Shown piece by piece: positions 26,493 through 40,677 of a DNA stretch of 64,000 nucleotides. The DNA lies in contig NC_043020.1 of assembly GCF_006345805.1 (NCBI RefSeq), positions 24,180,001 through 24,244,000 on the forward strand. Direction: 5' to 3'. Both the position numbers and the translations under genes were made by a program. The notes under the pieces are model-generated. The model did no database searches, had not been told where the DNA came from, and worked only from the letters and a program-made list of their open reading frames with translations. Source of the DNA: Octopus sinensis (Eukaryota). How positions within the stretch are numbered: the stretch's first letter is position 1; each line of letters starts with the position of its first letter.

Positions 26493-27043
26493 TGAGTGAG
26501 AGAGCAGTGCATGTCATCAAAGTGACACTGGGGTAAAATATACGAAGCCCAATATACCCATCATGACTACCCGTCTGATAAAGGTACACCAGGCACATGC
26601 ATCACAACCATATGTGCGCGACATGGTGATCCCATATCAAGATAAACAGCACATGACCTTGCAGGTGGGGCCCAGTTAGAATTTTCTTCAGGGTGAGTAG
26701 CCATCCCGATCAAAAGGTCCCTGAATAAGGGTTGTTTAAGGATGTTGAAAGAACCACCCATGTTTCCAAAGGTGAATTATCAAACCCAAGAATCCCCCTC
26801 AACACATGGCTATGATGCTCCCCCACTACTTCTGCTCGTGATCAGAGATGCATATATCGTCAGCACTAAGGGACCATGCTCAACTGGTAAGGTCAAACAA
26901 CTGACAAGCAAATCTGTGGTATGAGCAGAATACTTGCTGTAGCCCATCTTTTATACCAAGACAAAACAATGTACATGATAACACTTCCAATCAGTTGAGA
27001 TCAGAAGCCATGAGAGCCACTGCCTGGTACTGCATCAGGGTAT
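26493..27043. repeat. ~550-bp non-coding, moderately GC-rich segment embedded in (ATT)n; probable non-autonomous retroelement
   Basis: Sharp boundaries against ATT runs on both sides; no TIRs and no coding motif seen. Confidence 0.45.
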
Positions 27044-27064
27044 TTATTATTATTATTATTACTA

Positions 27065-27110
<46 letters not shown>

Positions 27111-27132
27111 CATTATTATTATTATTATTGTT

Positions 27133-27350
27133 AAGGCGCCGAACTAGCAAGATCGTAAGCACGCCGAGTAAAATGCTTAGAAGTATTTCGTCCGTCCTCA
27201 CGTTCTGAGTTCAAATTACGTCGACGTCACCTTTGCCTTTCATCATTTCAGGGTCGATAAATTAAGTACCAGTGAAACACTGGGGTTGATGTAAGCGACT
27301 AGTCCCATCCCCCACAATTTTAGGCCTTGTGCCTATAGTAGAAAGGATTA
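27133..27350 (+). mobile_element. SINE family M copy
   Basis: Full-length copy with an (ATT)n tail. Confidence 0.85.
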
Positions 27351-27584
27351 TTATTATTATTAAAGCAGAATCGTTCTCACGATATAAATGAAAGCAAACG
27401 ACAACAGAAAGAACAACAATAACAAAGATAAGACAAAAACTGAAAAAGAAAAAATCTGCAGCACAAACGACAATAATCCCAAGAAGAACAGCAACAAGAA
27501 CTAGAACAACAGGCAAATGAGAAAAGCGTAACAACACGCAGCGAAATTCATTCACCAGTAGAGCTTTCCTTGTGTAATAATAGT

Positions 27585-27985
27585 CGTCGTCGTCGTCGTC
27601 GCGGCACTCCGTCGGCTACGACGACGAGGTTTACAGTTGATCCGATCAACGGAACAGCCTGCTCGTGAAATTAACGTGCAAGTGGTTGAGCATTCCACAG
27701 ACATGCGTACTCTTAACGTAGTTCTCAGGGAGATTCAGCGCGACACAGAGTGTGACAAGGCCGGCCCCTTTGAAATTCAGGTACAACAGAAACAGGATGT
27801 AAGAGTGAGAGAAAGTTGTGGTGAAAGCGTAGAGCAGCGTTCGCCACCACCACGGCCTGCCGGGGCCTCGTGCAGCTTAAGATATTTTCGCTGAATAAAC
27901 ACTCACAACACCCGGTCTGGGAATGGAAACCGCGATCTTATAACCACGAGTCCGCTGCCCTAACCACTGGGCCATTGTGCCTCCA
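27585..27985 (-). mobile_element. tRNA-derived SINE (family R) full-length copy
   Basis: Minus start GGAGGCACAATGGCCCAGTGGTTAGGGCAGCGGACTCG (tRNA-like A box). The head is shared with 17678-17955; tail ends in (GAC)n. Confidence 0.8.
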
Positions 27986-28551
27986 CACATACACACACAC
28001 TGTATATATGCTCATGGTTCCGCCTTGTTCCGGGACTGAACCGAAAACCAGATGGTTACGAAACAAGCTTTTTAAGCACCCAGCCTAGAGAGACAAATAC
28101 AAAGAAAGCGAAACGTAGTTAAGTCGAGTGATTTAGTGTGGACGAAAGATTAACAGAGAGAGGGGGAGGAGGGGGAGGAGGGGGGAGGGGGAGGAGTCAT
28201 AGATGGTTGTTCAAAGAAAATGAAGAATATAGCATCATACGGTGTTCAAGGGTGGACTGGTGGGGGCTGTTGTTGTTAGGGGCGATGGAGGAGATGGCAT
28301 TGGTGAGGAGGAAGAAGGGGAAGTGGATGGGTGGGGTGTAAAAATAAAGGAAATATATTTCTCATTATAGGGTTTCGTTATGTCTTAATCTTGAAATTAC
28401 ATCACCATGTTTTGTTGTTGTAGTTGTTGTTGCAATTGTTGCTTCTCAGTTTCGTTCTACGATATACTGCCTGCTCTCACCATACCCTGTTCATACCCGT
28501 AGCACATCCACATACACACACATACCCATAAACGTGTATACATTTGGATAC

Positions 28552-28589
<38 letters not shown>

Positions 28590-29247
28590 CACTAGGAAAT
28601 ACACACAAGCACATTGGCATATAGACACATACTGGTGTGTGTGTATGCGCGTGTGTGTGTGTGTGTGCGTGAGTGTGCATACGTTTATGTGTGCTTACAT
28701 ATATGTGTATATATGTAAGTATTTATGTATACAGAAAAAAGTATTTTTTTCCATTCACTGCACTCCCGCGAACGAAATTATCCTCGGATGTGTGTGTGTG
28801 TGTGTGTGTGGTGTGTGTGGTGTGTGTGTGTGTGTGTGTGTGAGTGTGTGTGTGTGTAAAAAGGAAGCTGCGAAGAAAAGAATGTGGAGCAAAGCAGAAA
28901 GTGTTAGAAAAGGAAGAAAAAGAAACACCAAGAAATAGTGAAAAGAGAAAAAGTCGAGGAAGAGGATAACGACAAGGAAGTCGAAATGGAAGATGACGAC
29001 GAAGAAGAAAGAGAAGGAAAGACGGAGGAAGTGAATGAGAAATAGAGGGAAGGAGGGAGGTGTGACAGCTGAAAAAATGATTCTGATAGTAAACGGAATA
29101 TGGTTTATGGTGTGTTTTAATAATTTTCTGGGAAGAATACGATGCCATACACACGCATCACAAATATACATACATGTCTGTGTGTGAGAGTGTGGACACA
29201 ACACCGTTACTCACAAACGCATGCAGATACACACATGTATGTATGTG

Positions 29248-29280
<33 letters not shown>

Positions 29281-30128
29281 TTGTGTGTGTATATTGTATA
29301 TGTGTGTATGTAGGCTATTCATACTTAGAGATATGCATGAGTGCCTATGTATTCAAACGTATGCAGTCACACACATATGTGTGTGTATATATATATGTAA
29401 TATATGTGTACATGTATGCCTGATATGTGTGTGTTTGTATGTATATGTGTGTGTATTTATATTTGTGTGTGTGTAGGCTATGCATACTTAGAGATACACA
29501 TGATTGGCTGTGCATTCAAACGTTTTTGTTTTATTTTTATTTTTATCAAAATTTGAGTGCTCCGTAGACGTTATGTAAAAAAAAATTCCCTTTACAGCCA
29601 CCTATGTATCATACTTAAAGCATAGACACTGGGGTCGATAAATTAAGTTCCAGTTGAACTGGAGTCGATATAATCGACTTGCCCATCCTCCGAAACTGCT
29701 GGACTTTTGCCAAAATATACATGTACGCCTGTAGTTTAACTGTGTGTGTGTATATATATATATAATTCTTCTACGAGAGTATTATTGACTGAAACTTCAA
29801 AGTTGTGGCGAGTTAAAATCTTCGTTGGATATGTGGGTTTGAATGGAGTGGTAATTAAATTTTAGGTTAGGATATGCTAAAGAAATGTACTGGAAAAGTT
29901 TCGTTTTTTATTAAATTTGGGATTATGTTATTGTTTAGAATCTATTCCAAGATAAACTTCAATACAACGTAGTAATAATGGTCGCGTTCTTAGATAGATG
30001 GCTGAAACCTCGAAGTCACTTTCAATTTTCTCGTTCAATGATAATAAATTTGTACCCTACACAAGTATAGAGTGCCCCCTCCAGATTAACGTAAAATCAA
30101 ACATCCATCCATCTGTCCTTTCTTTCTC

Positions 30129-30184
<56 letters not shown>

Positions 30185-30193
30185 TCAAATTGA

Positions 30194-30405
30194 TATACAA
30201 TAATCCCTCGACTATCGTTGGTGTTACATTCCAAAATCACCCGCGATAGGTGAAAATCCGCGACGTAGAAACAGTACTCTACTGTCTTTCTTTTAAAATC
30301 ATTTTTATAATTTGTATATATTTATTTTATTATAAATGCAAAACAGCATTACAGAGGAATGTACGTAAGCTTAAATAATAAACCGCGATAGATGAACTGC
30401 GATAT
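30194..30405. mobile_element. Tigger/pogo-like non-autonomous DNA transposon end
   Basis: Starts TA-CAATAATCCCTCGACTATCG (CAGTxxTCCCTCG-type TIR after TA), with repeated CCGCGATA subterminal motifs. Confidence 0.45.
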
Positions 30406-31738
30406 GTACAAATTTTTTTACAAAGCGAAGGTGAGCGACTTCTAAGTCGCGACTTGTTTGCCGTATTCAGAAGTCTGTCGGTGAGCAAATCGCAACTTCC
30501 AAGTCGCTATCAATATTTTTCTTATAACTTAATATGTAATCTAATTAAAAAAAATATAGAATACTACGTCAGTTTAATGGTAACATAGACTAAACATAAC
30601 CACCCACACACACAAATTCCACACCCACACACATATATGTCGATATATGTATAGATGTGTAAATAAATATATATTTAAATGTGTTTACAATATATAGAGT
30701 ATAAATGTATATAAACATTTTCGTATGTATAAAAATATATAAACATATATGTACATGTATATATGTGTGTATGCGTACACATATACACACATACGTATCC
30801 TCATAAATTTATGAACATACACATAAACTGGCACGTGTGTGTGTATACACATACACAAACACACACAATATGAGTGTGCGTGTGTGAGTGTATGTGTGTG
30901 TGTGTGTTGGAGCAAATGTGTGTGCATTCGTTGGCGAAGGATTTTCTTATCTTTTATCGTTTAACGAAGATAAAGATTAAGATGTTTATGATGTTAATAA
31001 AAACGACTACCATGATGATGATGATGATGATGATGATAACGATTGAGAAAAAATGGCGGCGGCGATTAATGATGATTAAAACAAGATATAGTAATAGATA
31101 GCTTCTCGCACGCACGCACACGCGCATATATATATATCTGAGAACGCTCACACGCGCACTCAAACATTCCCATACTCACACACATATATCCATTCATTCT
31201 AACAAGAACAACAACAACAACGCTAAGAGCCACATCCTTACGATAACAATACGAACGCTCAGAAGATGTAGCGCAACATTGCTAACGATACGAAGATTAT
31301 TATCAATACCATCATCATCATCATCATCATAATCACCAACACTATCATCATCACCGCCATTGTCACATTTATCTTCATCACATTCTCACCATCTTTATCA
31401 TCGTCTTCGTACTATTATTGTCACAATCATCATCTCAGTCACCAGCGGAATTATTCCCATCATCCGCAACATTACAAGTATTTTCATCGTGCATTCTCAC
31501 ACCAGCACCACCACCATCATCATCATCATCATCATCATCCTTAACGTTACCACTCCTCCTCGTCATCCTCTTCAACATCAAACCCCATCAATAAGACCGC
31601 CAATGCTATTTCATTGGTTCCCTTAAGGCTGGCAGTTGTAATGATGTGTAAATTATTTAATGGACAGATATCACTTGGAAATATACACAAGCACATTGGC
31701 AAAGAGAAGCACACATATGTGTGTGTGTGTGCGTGCTT

Positions 31739-31775
<37 letters not shown>

Positions 31776-31989
31776 GTAAATCTTTATGAATATAATGCAA
31801 TCATTATATTTTAAGCTAATTAATATGTATGGAATATTTATGCATATTATTTTTATACATATGTGAAAAATGTGAATAACCAAGCGTCGGTATGTATATA
31901 TGTGTCTATATATAATATATATATAATGCATAATGTATACGATAAATATATCTATAATTTGAGCTTATATATTACGTATGCAATATCCA

Positions 31990-32045
<56 letters not shown>

Positions 32046-33335
32046 ATATATATTTTTATACATATCTAAAATATGTATATAATTGTCTTCAGTACACACA
32101 CTCATACACACGCACACACACACACACATACACACACACACACGCACAAACACGCGTACACGTACACGCACTCATACAAGCACCTTATCTCTAATATATG
32201 TATGTATGATGTCCTAGGCCATAATTTAAATTTTATGTTGCTATGATCAATCAAGCCGTCATTCAGCGTTCTGTAATTAAAAAAATTCCTTTGAAGAGAG
32301 CTTCGAGACTTCGCCATTTTATTCGGCAACACAGATCATGAGCGACAAACATAAGGAATTGTAAGACCCAGCAGAGACTAAATAATTTAAGGGGAGAGCA
32401 CTGCGTGGGTCGTTGACTAATTACGGCTTATAATTGATAAGAGAGCAGCAAATTCAATTGCTGTTTGGGGCTTGGGTATGGGTCGATGGTAAAATATCTT
32501 TTGTATGCTCCTTATTACTGAACATTGAAGTTTATGTAAGATATTCGGGTAAATTTGACAATCTTTTGTCTCCTTTCTTTCAAAAATATTTTGATCTATT
32601 GGCGTTGGACAGCATAAAGATTAAAGTTGTAGCTGAGAAAAAGTTACAGAGATGTACAAGGAAAATGTTTCTTCTCTTTTGTTGTAGATAACGATGGCTT
32701 TCACCGCCTGCTACTGTCTTCTGTCTGTTCTGTGTCTCGAGAAAGAAAGCACTTAACGTTCAAAAGCATATATTTTTAGAACTAAAAGAATGGTTGTTCT
32801 GCGTGAACCAGGGTTTAAATGTGTTTGCTGTCACCCTGATATACATTTTTAATGAACAGCCAACCCATTCTCCATCCCCTTTTTATAAATTTCTGCCCCA
32901 TGTAAAAGAGCATCTACTCCTAGCTCTGCAATTGTTTGCAGATTTCATTATTAAAGCTACATATTGTTTACTTCTCTCAGCTTCCTCAGCTGGGAAAACT
33001 CACCCGTACAAGCGACGTATGTGGTCCCTCATAGGTCTCGGTACCATTGTTTCTAAAGAAATAGTTTCTCATGGCAGAACAAGAAGCTTTCCAACTGGCT
33101 TAAATATTTCAACCCCACACGCGAATAAACATTATAAGGTTTCAGACAAAAATTTTACTCTATACGATGTGTTGAGTACATTTTCGTTTGTTTTATAACA
33201 CGCTCACACGCACGCACACAACACACACACACACTCACACACACACACAAATATATATATATAATATATATAATATATATATATATAATATTTTATATAT
33301 ATATGGATATATATATATATATCATATATATATAT

Positions 33336-33387
<52 letters not shown>

Positions 33388-33402
33388 ATAAATGCACCCT
33401 TT

Positions 33403-33638
33403 TAAAGCCTAGCCAGGATCATGGGCCCGGTTTTCCCGGTTTCAATGACGTATGTGCTCCCTAGCTGGACGGGACGCCAGTCCATCGTAGCGTTACTCAT
33501 TTTTCCAGCTGAGTGGACTGGAGCAACGTGAAATGAAGTGTTTTGATCAAGAACACAACACGTCGCCCGGTCCAGGAATCGAAACCACAATCTTACGATC
33601 ATGATGCTGACACCCTAACCACTAAGCCACGCGCCTCT
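33403..33638 (-). mobile_element. tRNA-derived SINE (family R-related)
   Basis: Minus head GAGGCGCGTGGCTTAGTGGTTAGGGTG...GGTTTCGATTCCTGGACCGGG. Related copies lie at 48225-48430 (+) and 50968-51220 (+). Confidence 0.8.
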
Positions 33639-33749
33639 GCACACACACACACATACACACACACACGATGAATAATATGTTATGTGTATCTGTGTCTATA
33701 TATTGTATTGTGTATAAGATATATAGCTATACATAATAGCTACATACAT

Positions 33750-33804
<55 letters not shown>

Positions 33805-33953
33805 TGCAGATATGCACTATTGCATATTGGACGTAAGGACAGAGGATTCTTAATATTTAATAACGTTGTACTTTGAGAAGTGGAGTTAAATAAATTTACG
33901 CATTAATAACTAGCTAACACAAAGCCGTTAGCTCGTCATTAATAATAATAATA

Positions 33954-34023
<70 letters not shown>

Positions 34024-35190
34024 GACGTTTGCATCTAATATCGTACATGTATTCAAACGTAGAATGATAATTAAGCACACACAATGATATATAAATGGAA
34101 ATTAAAATTTATTTTTTCCTAATATCCAAAGAGAATTTATCATAAGAGATAAAAGGAACGTATATATAGAGAACAAACACACACACACACACACACACAT
34201 TCTATCTCGCCGCTCTTCTTTTCCACACTCCCTATAAACGATCTTGTACGATTCCTACTTAAGTGTCTCTTTTTATCCATTTCCTCGGAGTGTCGTTTTA
34301 AAATTAAAACACTGCGGATGTAAGTGTGGCTGTCTTTGAAGTTGTTGTGCGTGAGAAGTTCTTAGAGAAAGAGAGAGAGCTAGAAAGATAAAGTGAAGGA
34401 CAAAGCTTGAATGAAGAGAGGGAGAGAAAGAGAGGTGGCGCGTTAGAGAGAGAGGGAGACGGGAAAGTGAAGGATATACTTTCTTTTTTACCTCATTTAT
34501 AAGCATTGAAGATCAAGCAACATGATATTAAGTCGATTAATCTGATTATGAGAACGTTTATATCTTGAGGGTGTGGGGAGGAGGGAAAGAAGCATGTAAC
34601 ACCCAAAATGCGCGCACGCTTACACACGTTCTATCACATACGCACGCACGCACGCATGTGTGTGAGTGTGTGCACGTATTTAAATCTTTGACTACGTGCA
34701 AACACACATACATACCTACACACAAATGTGTGTGTATATATATGCACACATATAGGCTATTCACAAAACTTTTCATCATGTCAAGTATGGGGGAGTGAAA
34801 GAGAAACGCGTGCATACACATGCAGACGTACATACATATATATCTATATACATCTATACATACACGTATTGTCACGAACGTTCTTACACTCATACACACT
34901 CACGGCTACACACAGGCGCAGACATGCATATATATATATATATATATATAGTCATACGCAAACACACACTGCAGCCGAGCCAGTTACAAATATAATAAAC
35001 ATAAGATCACCAAGCATTTTCTGCTGGACCACGTCAGGCCAACGAGAGGGAGCCTTTATGTGGACGATAAATTAGCTAGAAATACCAGCCAACTCGTTCG
35101 AAAATTGACATCCTGTGGTGAACTTATCATGGAATGTAGCCGTACTGTATGCAAATAGGATAGGATGAACCCAATTGGAAAGATTTAGGT

Positions 35191-35471
35191 CAATGATTTT
35201 CAACAAATTTCTTGAACATAGACCCCTTTGGATATTGTTTATTTTACTCAACTGCCTCCCCGTAGCTACTTGATGTTAAAAATCAGTCCTATTTTTATAA
35301 TTAAAAATCAGTCCTACTTTTATAATTAAATATTAGGAATTGCAAGAAGGAAAGGTGAAAATATTTTGTGTATCGTAAAACTATAATTTATTGCAGATAA
35401 GTTTTAACTGCAAAATCTTACACGGACCGTCTCCCCACCCGGGTCATATAGACTCCGGTTAAGGACGACTG
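35191..35471. mobile_element. Older copy of the same hAT-type MITE family
   Basis: Degenerate ends CAATGATTTTCAAC ... GGTTAAGGACGACTG. Internal text (AAAATCTTA..GGACC, GGTCAT.T.GAC) matches 48620-48863, and there is an internal ~22-bp tandem duplication at ~35276-35325. Confidence 0.55.
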
Positions 35472-35776
35472 ATGATGGATAGAATCAGTGTCGAGCTGTA
35501 GCTAACTGACAACTGAACCGCGTTATTTACTATCATAATAACCACAACTGCCACCATCGCTATAACAATGACACCCTTCACCACAAACAGCATCACAGCA
35601 ATCATTACCATAACAATAGCCATCACAACTTGTATCACGACAAGCATGACCTCTATCCCAATAACCACCTCCATTACAACCAGCCACTAATAGAACCACT
35701 TTGCACAAGACACCGCTTACACAGTCTTTCTTCTCTCCCTCTTCTATTGCTTTCAAAGATTCGTGTGTGTGTGTGT

Positions 35777-36014
35777 TTTATTTGTGTTTTAAGGTTACCA
35801 TTGGTTTCAAGATAAGAGAAATATCTTAAAATCTTAGCAATTCTTCAAGCCGATAACATGGAGGAATGGTGTTCGTCTCCATTTTGGATGAAAATATAAT
35901 GGTGATTTCTTCCAAAATGGAGACGAATAGCATTCCTCCATGTGGTGGGCTTGAAAATTATTAAGATATTAATATATTCTTATCATGAAATGGTAGCCTT
36001 AACACACAATTAAA
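35777..36014. repeat. Imperfect long inverted repeat (~110-bp arms); a single arm also occurs at ~15775-15896
   Basis: The inner stem 35856-35888 pairs with 35911-35943 at 31/33 positions; the outer arms align with indels. Confidence 0.85.
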
Positions 36015-36079
36015 GAAACTTTATTCACCAATACGATGTTGAGCACTCGTTCTCGTTGTTCCACATTTACGTATATAAA

Positions 36080-36443
36080 ATCTTTTCTTTGTTTCAGTCA
36101 TTTGACTGCGGCAATGCTGGAGCACTGCCTTTAGTTCACCAAATATTTGTAAGCTCAGTACTTGTTCTATCGGTCTCTTTTGTCGAACAGCTAAGTTACG
36201 GGGACGTAAAGATACCAACATCGGTTGTCAAGCGATGGTGGGAGGGGGTCAAACACACACACATATATGTATATACATACGACGGCCGTCTTTCAGTTTC
36301 CGTCTGCCAAATCAACCTACAAGGCTTTGGTCGGCCCTAGTCTATAGTAGAAGACACTTGGCCAAGCTTCCGTGCAGTAGGACTGAACCCGGAACCATAT
36401 AGTTGGTAAGCAAGCTACTTACCACACAGTCACTCCTGTGCCT
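36080..36443 (-). mobile_element. SINE family C copy
   Basis: Aligns with 43470-43870. A partial copy lies at ~36865-37025. Confidence 0.85.
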
Positions 36444-37317
36444 TATATATATATAATGTGCATATGAGAGAGACTGTCCCATCGAAGACGTTTTTTACTT
36501 TCAATTTTTTTGGCCTAATGACTTGCATAAATGATTTGTTTGTTGTGATTAAACGAATGTGCCGCACTTTGGATCACTCTCATCATCAAATCAACGTTGT
36601 CTAAAGAGGAGCACTCTGGCATGTTTTGCTCAATGTTTTGCTCAAGAACGCAACGTTCCTCCCACTCTAGGAATTGAAATCACAATCGTTATATCGTGAG
36701 TGGGGCACCTTAACCGTATGTATGTATGTATGTATGTATGTATGTATGTATGTATGTATGTATGTATGTATGTATGTATGTGTATGCATGCATGCAAGCA
36801 TGTGTGCGTGCGTGTGTGTATGTGCGTGTATGTACGTATGTACGTATGTGTCATTTTTCACCCGCTTCAGTCATTAGAGTGCGCCCATGTTGAGGCATCG
36901 ACTTCAAGAATTTCAGTCGAACAGATCAACCACAATACCCTTGTTTTATGCTGGGTGCTTATTCTTACATTCTCTTTTTGTCGAACCGCTACGTTACGGG
37001 GACACAAAAGCATCAATACTTCGGTGAGTTCTATTCTACACACACACAAACACATGCACGGATGCGCGTACTTTTCTCAACTGAGAAGGTTTTGGTAAGA
37101 TATCTCAGCTATTCTGTGTAGCAGACTATTTTTTCGTTTAGGGATTATTTCTATCGTCAGCTCATATATCTGTCTCTATATACATACATATCCATTGAGA
37201 GTACAATCTCTGTATATATCAGACTATAAACGTCTTTATCTATATCTGACCATCCCTCTCAGTATTATCTCTATCTATTCCACTGACTATATATCTATTT
37301 CACGATAATAATAATAA

Positions 37318-37401
<84 letters not shown>

Positions 37402-37922
37402 AATAATAATAATAATAATAATACACACACAAAAAACAAATGAAATCAAACGAGTGATCTTGAAGTAGCCATTTTTGCAGGTGTCGTTCACAAAGGATTT
37501 TAAACGAAAGAACACCAACATAAGCGTTTCTTTGCAATCTTTATTCCATGGTTACCAAAATATCCTGACAGTGAATATTCGAAAGTAAACCAGAGTCCTT
37601 TTACTAGTGGATGATGGGAATCGAGCAACTCGGAGTACTGGAGATCGTAGCCTTTCAGTTATGATGTATGAAGGAATACTCCACATTTGAAATGCAACCT
37701 GTAGTTTATCACTCCTGTTGAATCAACAAATGTATAGATAGATATATATATACATTCCACTACAAACTCACACAGATGTACCCAGGCAACAACATATCGA
37801 TCTGTGTTCATTTATCAAACTAATGCATCTATATGTATGTGTAGTTTTACGAATGCGAATAGAAAAGGAATCTTTATACAAAGAATCTCACGCGATCTCA
37901 ATCCCATTCTCTCTCTATGTAT

Positions 37923-37953
<31 letters not shown>

Positions 37954-37970
37954 ACACACACACACACACA

Positions 37971-38015
<45 letters not shown>

Positions 38016-38070
38016 AAACTAAGTGTACTGCAGTCACACACGATGACGAAGAAGAAGCTTATCACATTAC

Positions 38071-38224
38071 CTGACTGAAGTCTCTTTGTCAATCATTTCA
38101 ATCAAATTAAATGGTGAGTAGTTTAGGAAGCCATCGATGACGTATATAATGCCATTACTGCAACCGATGGCGGGGTTGATCAGGTAGAGTCTCTGCATTC
38201 CAAATCCGGCATCGACATAGATAC
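38071..38224 (-). CDS. Internal coding exon C of the fasciclin-domain gene
   Basis: gtctttctctgacag|GT ATC TAT ... TCA GTC AG|gtaatg. 154 nt (phase 1 to 2), (G)[50 protein letters not shown](S). [12 protein letters not shown] is the FAS1 H2 motif (NGxxHxIDxVL-like). Confidence 0.92.
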
Positions 38225-38421
38225 CTGTCAGAGAAAGACACGGATAAACACAAGGATTACAGACAAACGAAAACAGGTACTAAGCTCAACACGACTCTCT
38301 CTCTCTATTGTTTTCGACTTTTTAGCGTGTACGTGTGTGTATGTATGTATGTATATATTTCTATGCATATATATGCGTGTGTATGCAAGTATGATACATA
38401 TACGTGTGCATGTATATATAC

Positions 38422-38493
<72 letters not shown>

Positions 38494-38552
38494 GCACAGA
38501 ATATATAGTTACGTGTGTGCACATGCATATTTAACATATATATATATGAGTA

Positions 38553-38623
<71 letters not shown>

Positions 38624-39190
38624 AGAGAGAGAGAGAGAGGGGTAGAGTATATATATGTGTGTATATGTATATACATGTGTGTATATATCTATATATATGT
38701 ATATATATGTATGTGTATATATATGGATGTATGTATATATGTATGTGTGTATATATGTGTGTATATATATATATATATGTGTATGTATATACATATATAT
38801 ATATGTGTGTGTGTGTTCGTGTATATATGTGCTTGTGTAGATATATATATGCGTATGCACTAAGATATGCCCTAAGAGTCTGTGAGTGCCCATATACATA
38901 GAAATATATGCACGTACATTTGTGTGTAAATGCATAGACATGTATGAATACGTGAATGAATTTTGCAATGTCGTGTTTGTTAACCATCTTATTCTCTGTT
39001 TCTGTTTTTCCGTTTTCAATATATTATTATTATTATCATTATTTTGTTTTCTATATTTACTAGACCAGTTTGTTTTCCATGAATAAACATGTTGACAAAG
39101 GCGAGATAGAAAGAAAAAATGGTCCAGAATGGCAGCTGCCACTAAAACTGTAACAACAACCAAAAAAATGCAGGATTGCAATATCATCAA

Positions 39191-39253
<63 letters not shown>

Positions 39254-39254
39254 C

Positions 39255-39690
39255 ATTTCTACTGGAAGCACGAGGCCTCAAATTTCGGTGAAGGAATAAT
39301 GTCGTTAAAATCGACCCCAGTGCGTAACTGGTACTAAATTTTATCGACCCCAAAAAGGAAGAAAGGCAAAGTTGACCTCGGCGGAATTTGAAGTCAGTAC
39401 GTTGCGGCAGGCGAAATACCTATTTCTTTACTACCCACAAGGGGCTAAATACAGAGAGGACAAACAAGGACAGACAAACGGATTAAGTCGATTACATCGA
39501 CCCCAGTGCGTAATTGGTACTTATTTAATCCACCCCGAAAGGATGAAAGGCAAAGTCGACCTCGGCGGAATTTGAATTCAGAACGTAGCGGCAGGCGAAA
39601 TACCGCTAACAAGTTGAGTACATGGTATTTATTTTATCGACCGTTGTGGAATTTGAACTCAAAACGTAAAGGCCGTGCTAAAGATTCTGC
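39255..39690 (-). mobile_element. SINE family M dimer/cluster
   Basis: Same organisation and junction as 437-833. Confidence 0.85.
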
Positions 39691-39966
39691 TAGATTACTG
39701 CATTAACAACAGATGAAAGAGAATAACAAAGCGAAAAAAAATTGCCTTGCCGTACATGACATCGTACATAACACATTCGATAGTGATCGATGCTGCTTCT
39801 CTGTGGTGGATCGGCTTTTGACAATCAACAGCAAAAATAGCACTTACTAAAAGATCTATCGGCCAGACTCGGTGGCACAGCGTAAATACAGGGTTAAACC
39901 TAAGACACAATATGAACTTATGATGCAAGGGCCGTGCTCAGATTTACAGTAAAATCCCTGGGACTT

Positions 39967-40050
<84 letters not shown>

Positions 40051-40132
40051 TAAATGAAGTACAAGGAAAGGAAAAAATGTAGTTGTAGGCGATCATTAAT
40101 TCATAAACCAGGTTGGTACAGTTCCAGTATAT

Positions 40133-40223
40133 ATTCTACAAATTGTTTCAGAGTCTAATTAATTGCAAAGACAAAAAACGAAAAACACTTCTTGAAATAA
40201 AAATTAGATTCTTCGTCAGGAAT
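40133..40223 (-). ncRNA. Type I hammerhead ribozyme motif with extended stem II
   Basis: Minus strand: AUUC-CUGACGA-A-[GAAUCUAAUU...AAUUAGACUC]-U-GAAA-CAAUUUG-UA-GAAU. Core intact; stem I is AUUC/GAAU. Confidence 0.72.
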
Positions 40224-40677
40224 TACCTATCGGTATGAATAGAAACGACCAACAAAAATATAAAAAGACCTTTCATAGTCCAGACGGGTGTATATAACGG
40301 ATAGAGTTAACTATTGAAGAGGTTGCAAGAAGCATTGAGTGGATTTGTTAATTAATAAGGCATTCGAAAAGGATGAGTCTCCCCAGACACAACAATAGAT
40401 ACACACACATATATATGTATAGCTAATAGTGAAGGATCATCAATCCTAGCAAAATACTTCATAAACTCTCAGTTGGTACACGAGGCTAAAAAAATTATTC
40501 AGATTAGTGAAGAACGCCGAGTATTTCTATGGCAGGGTCCAAGGTTATGGTTCGTGACACTTCTATAAAGTAAATCCGTGGATGGGCTCCAGACCAACTG
40601 GTGTGTGCATTGAGCGATATATAAAACACGTTAAAAATAGTGGCCATTACACATTTTTCTTGTAATGGAGCAAATCT

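Noticed and set aside
33560-33638. tRNA genes suggested by A/B-box motifs (also 27925-27985, 45635-45710, 50968-51035)
   Set aside because: No complete cloverleaf, and each continues into a SINE body.
37553-37697. AG...GT-bounded minus segment just downstream of exon C as an alternative exon
   Set aside because: A stop codon appears within 13 codons in the frame required by exon C.
38327-39271. Long ORFs (178-246 aa) rich in YI/CV/HT repeats, and the many similar ORFs in the track
   Set aside because: They are translations of (TA)n, (CA)n and (ATT)n microsatellites, which lack stops in some frames; no coding signal.
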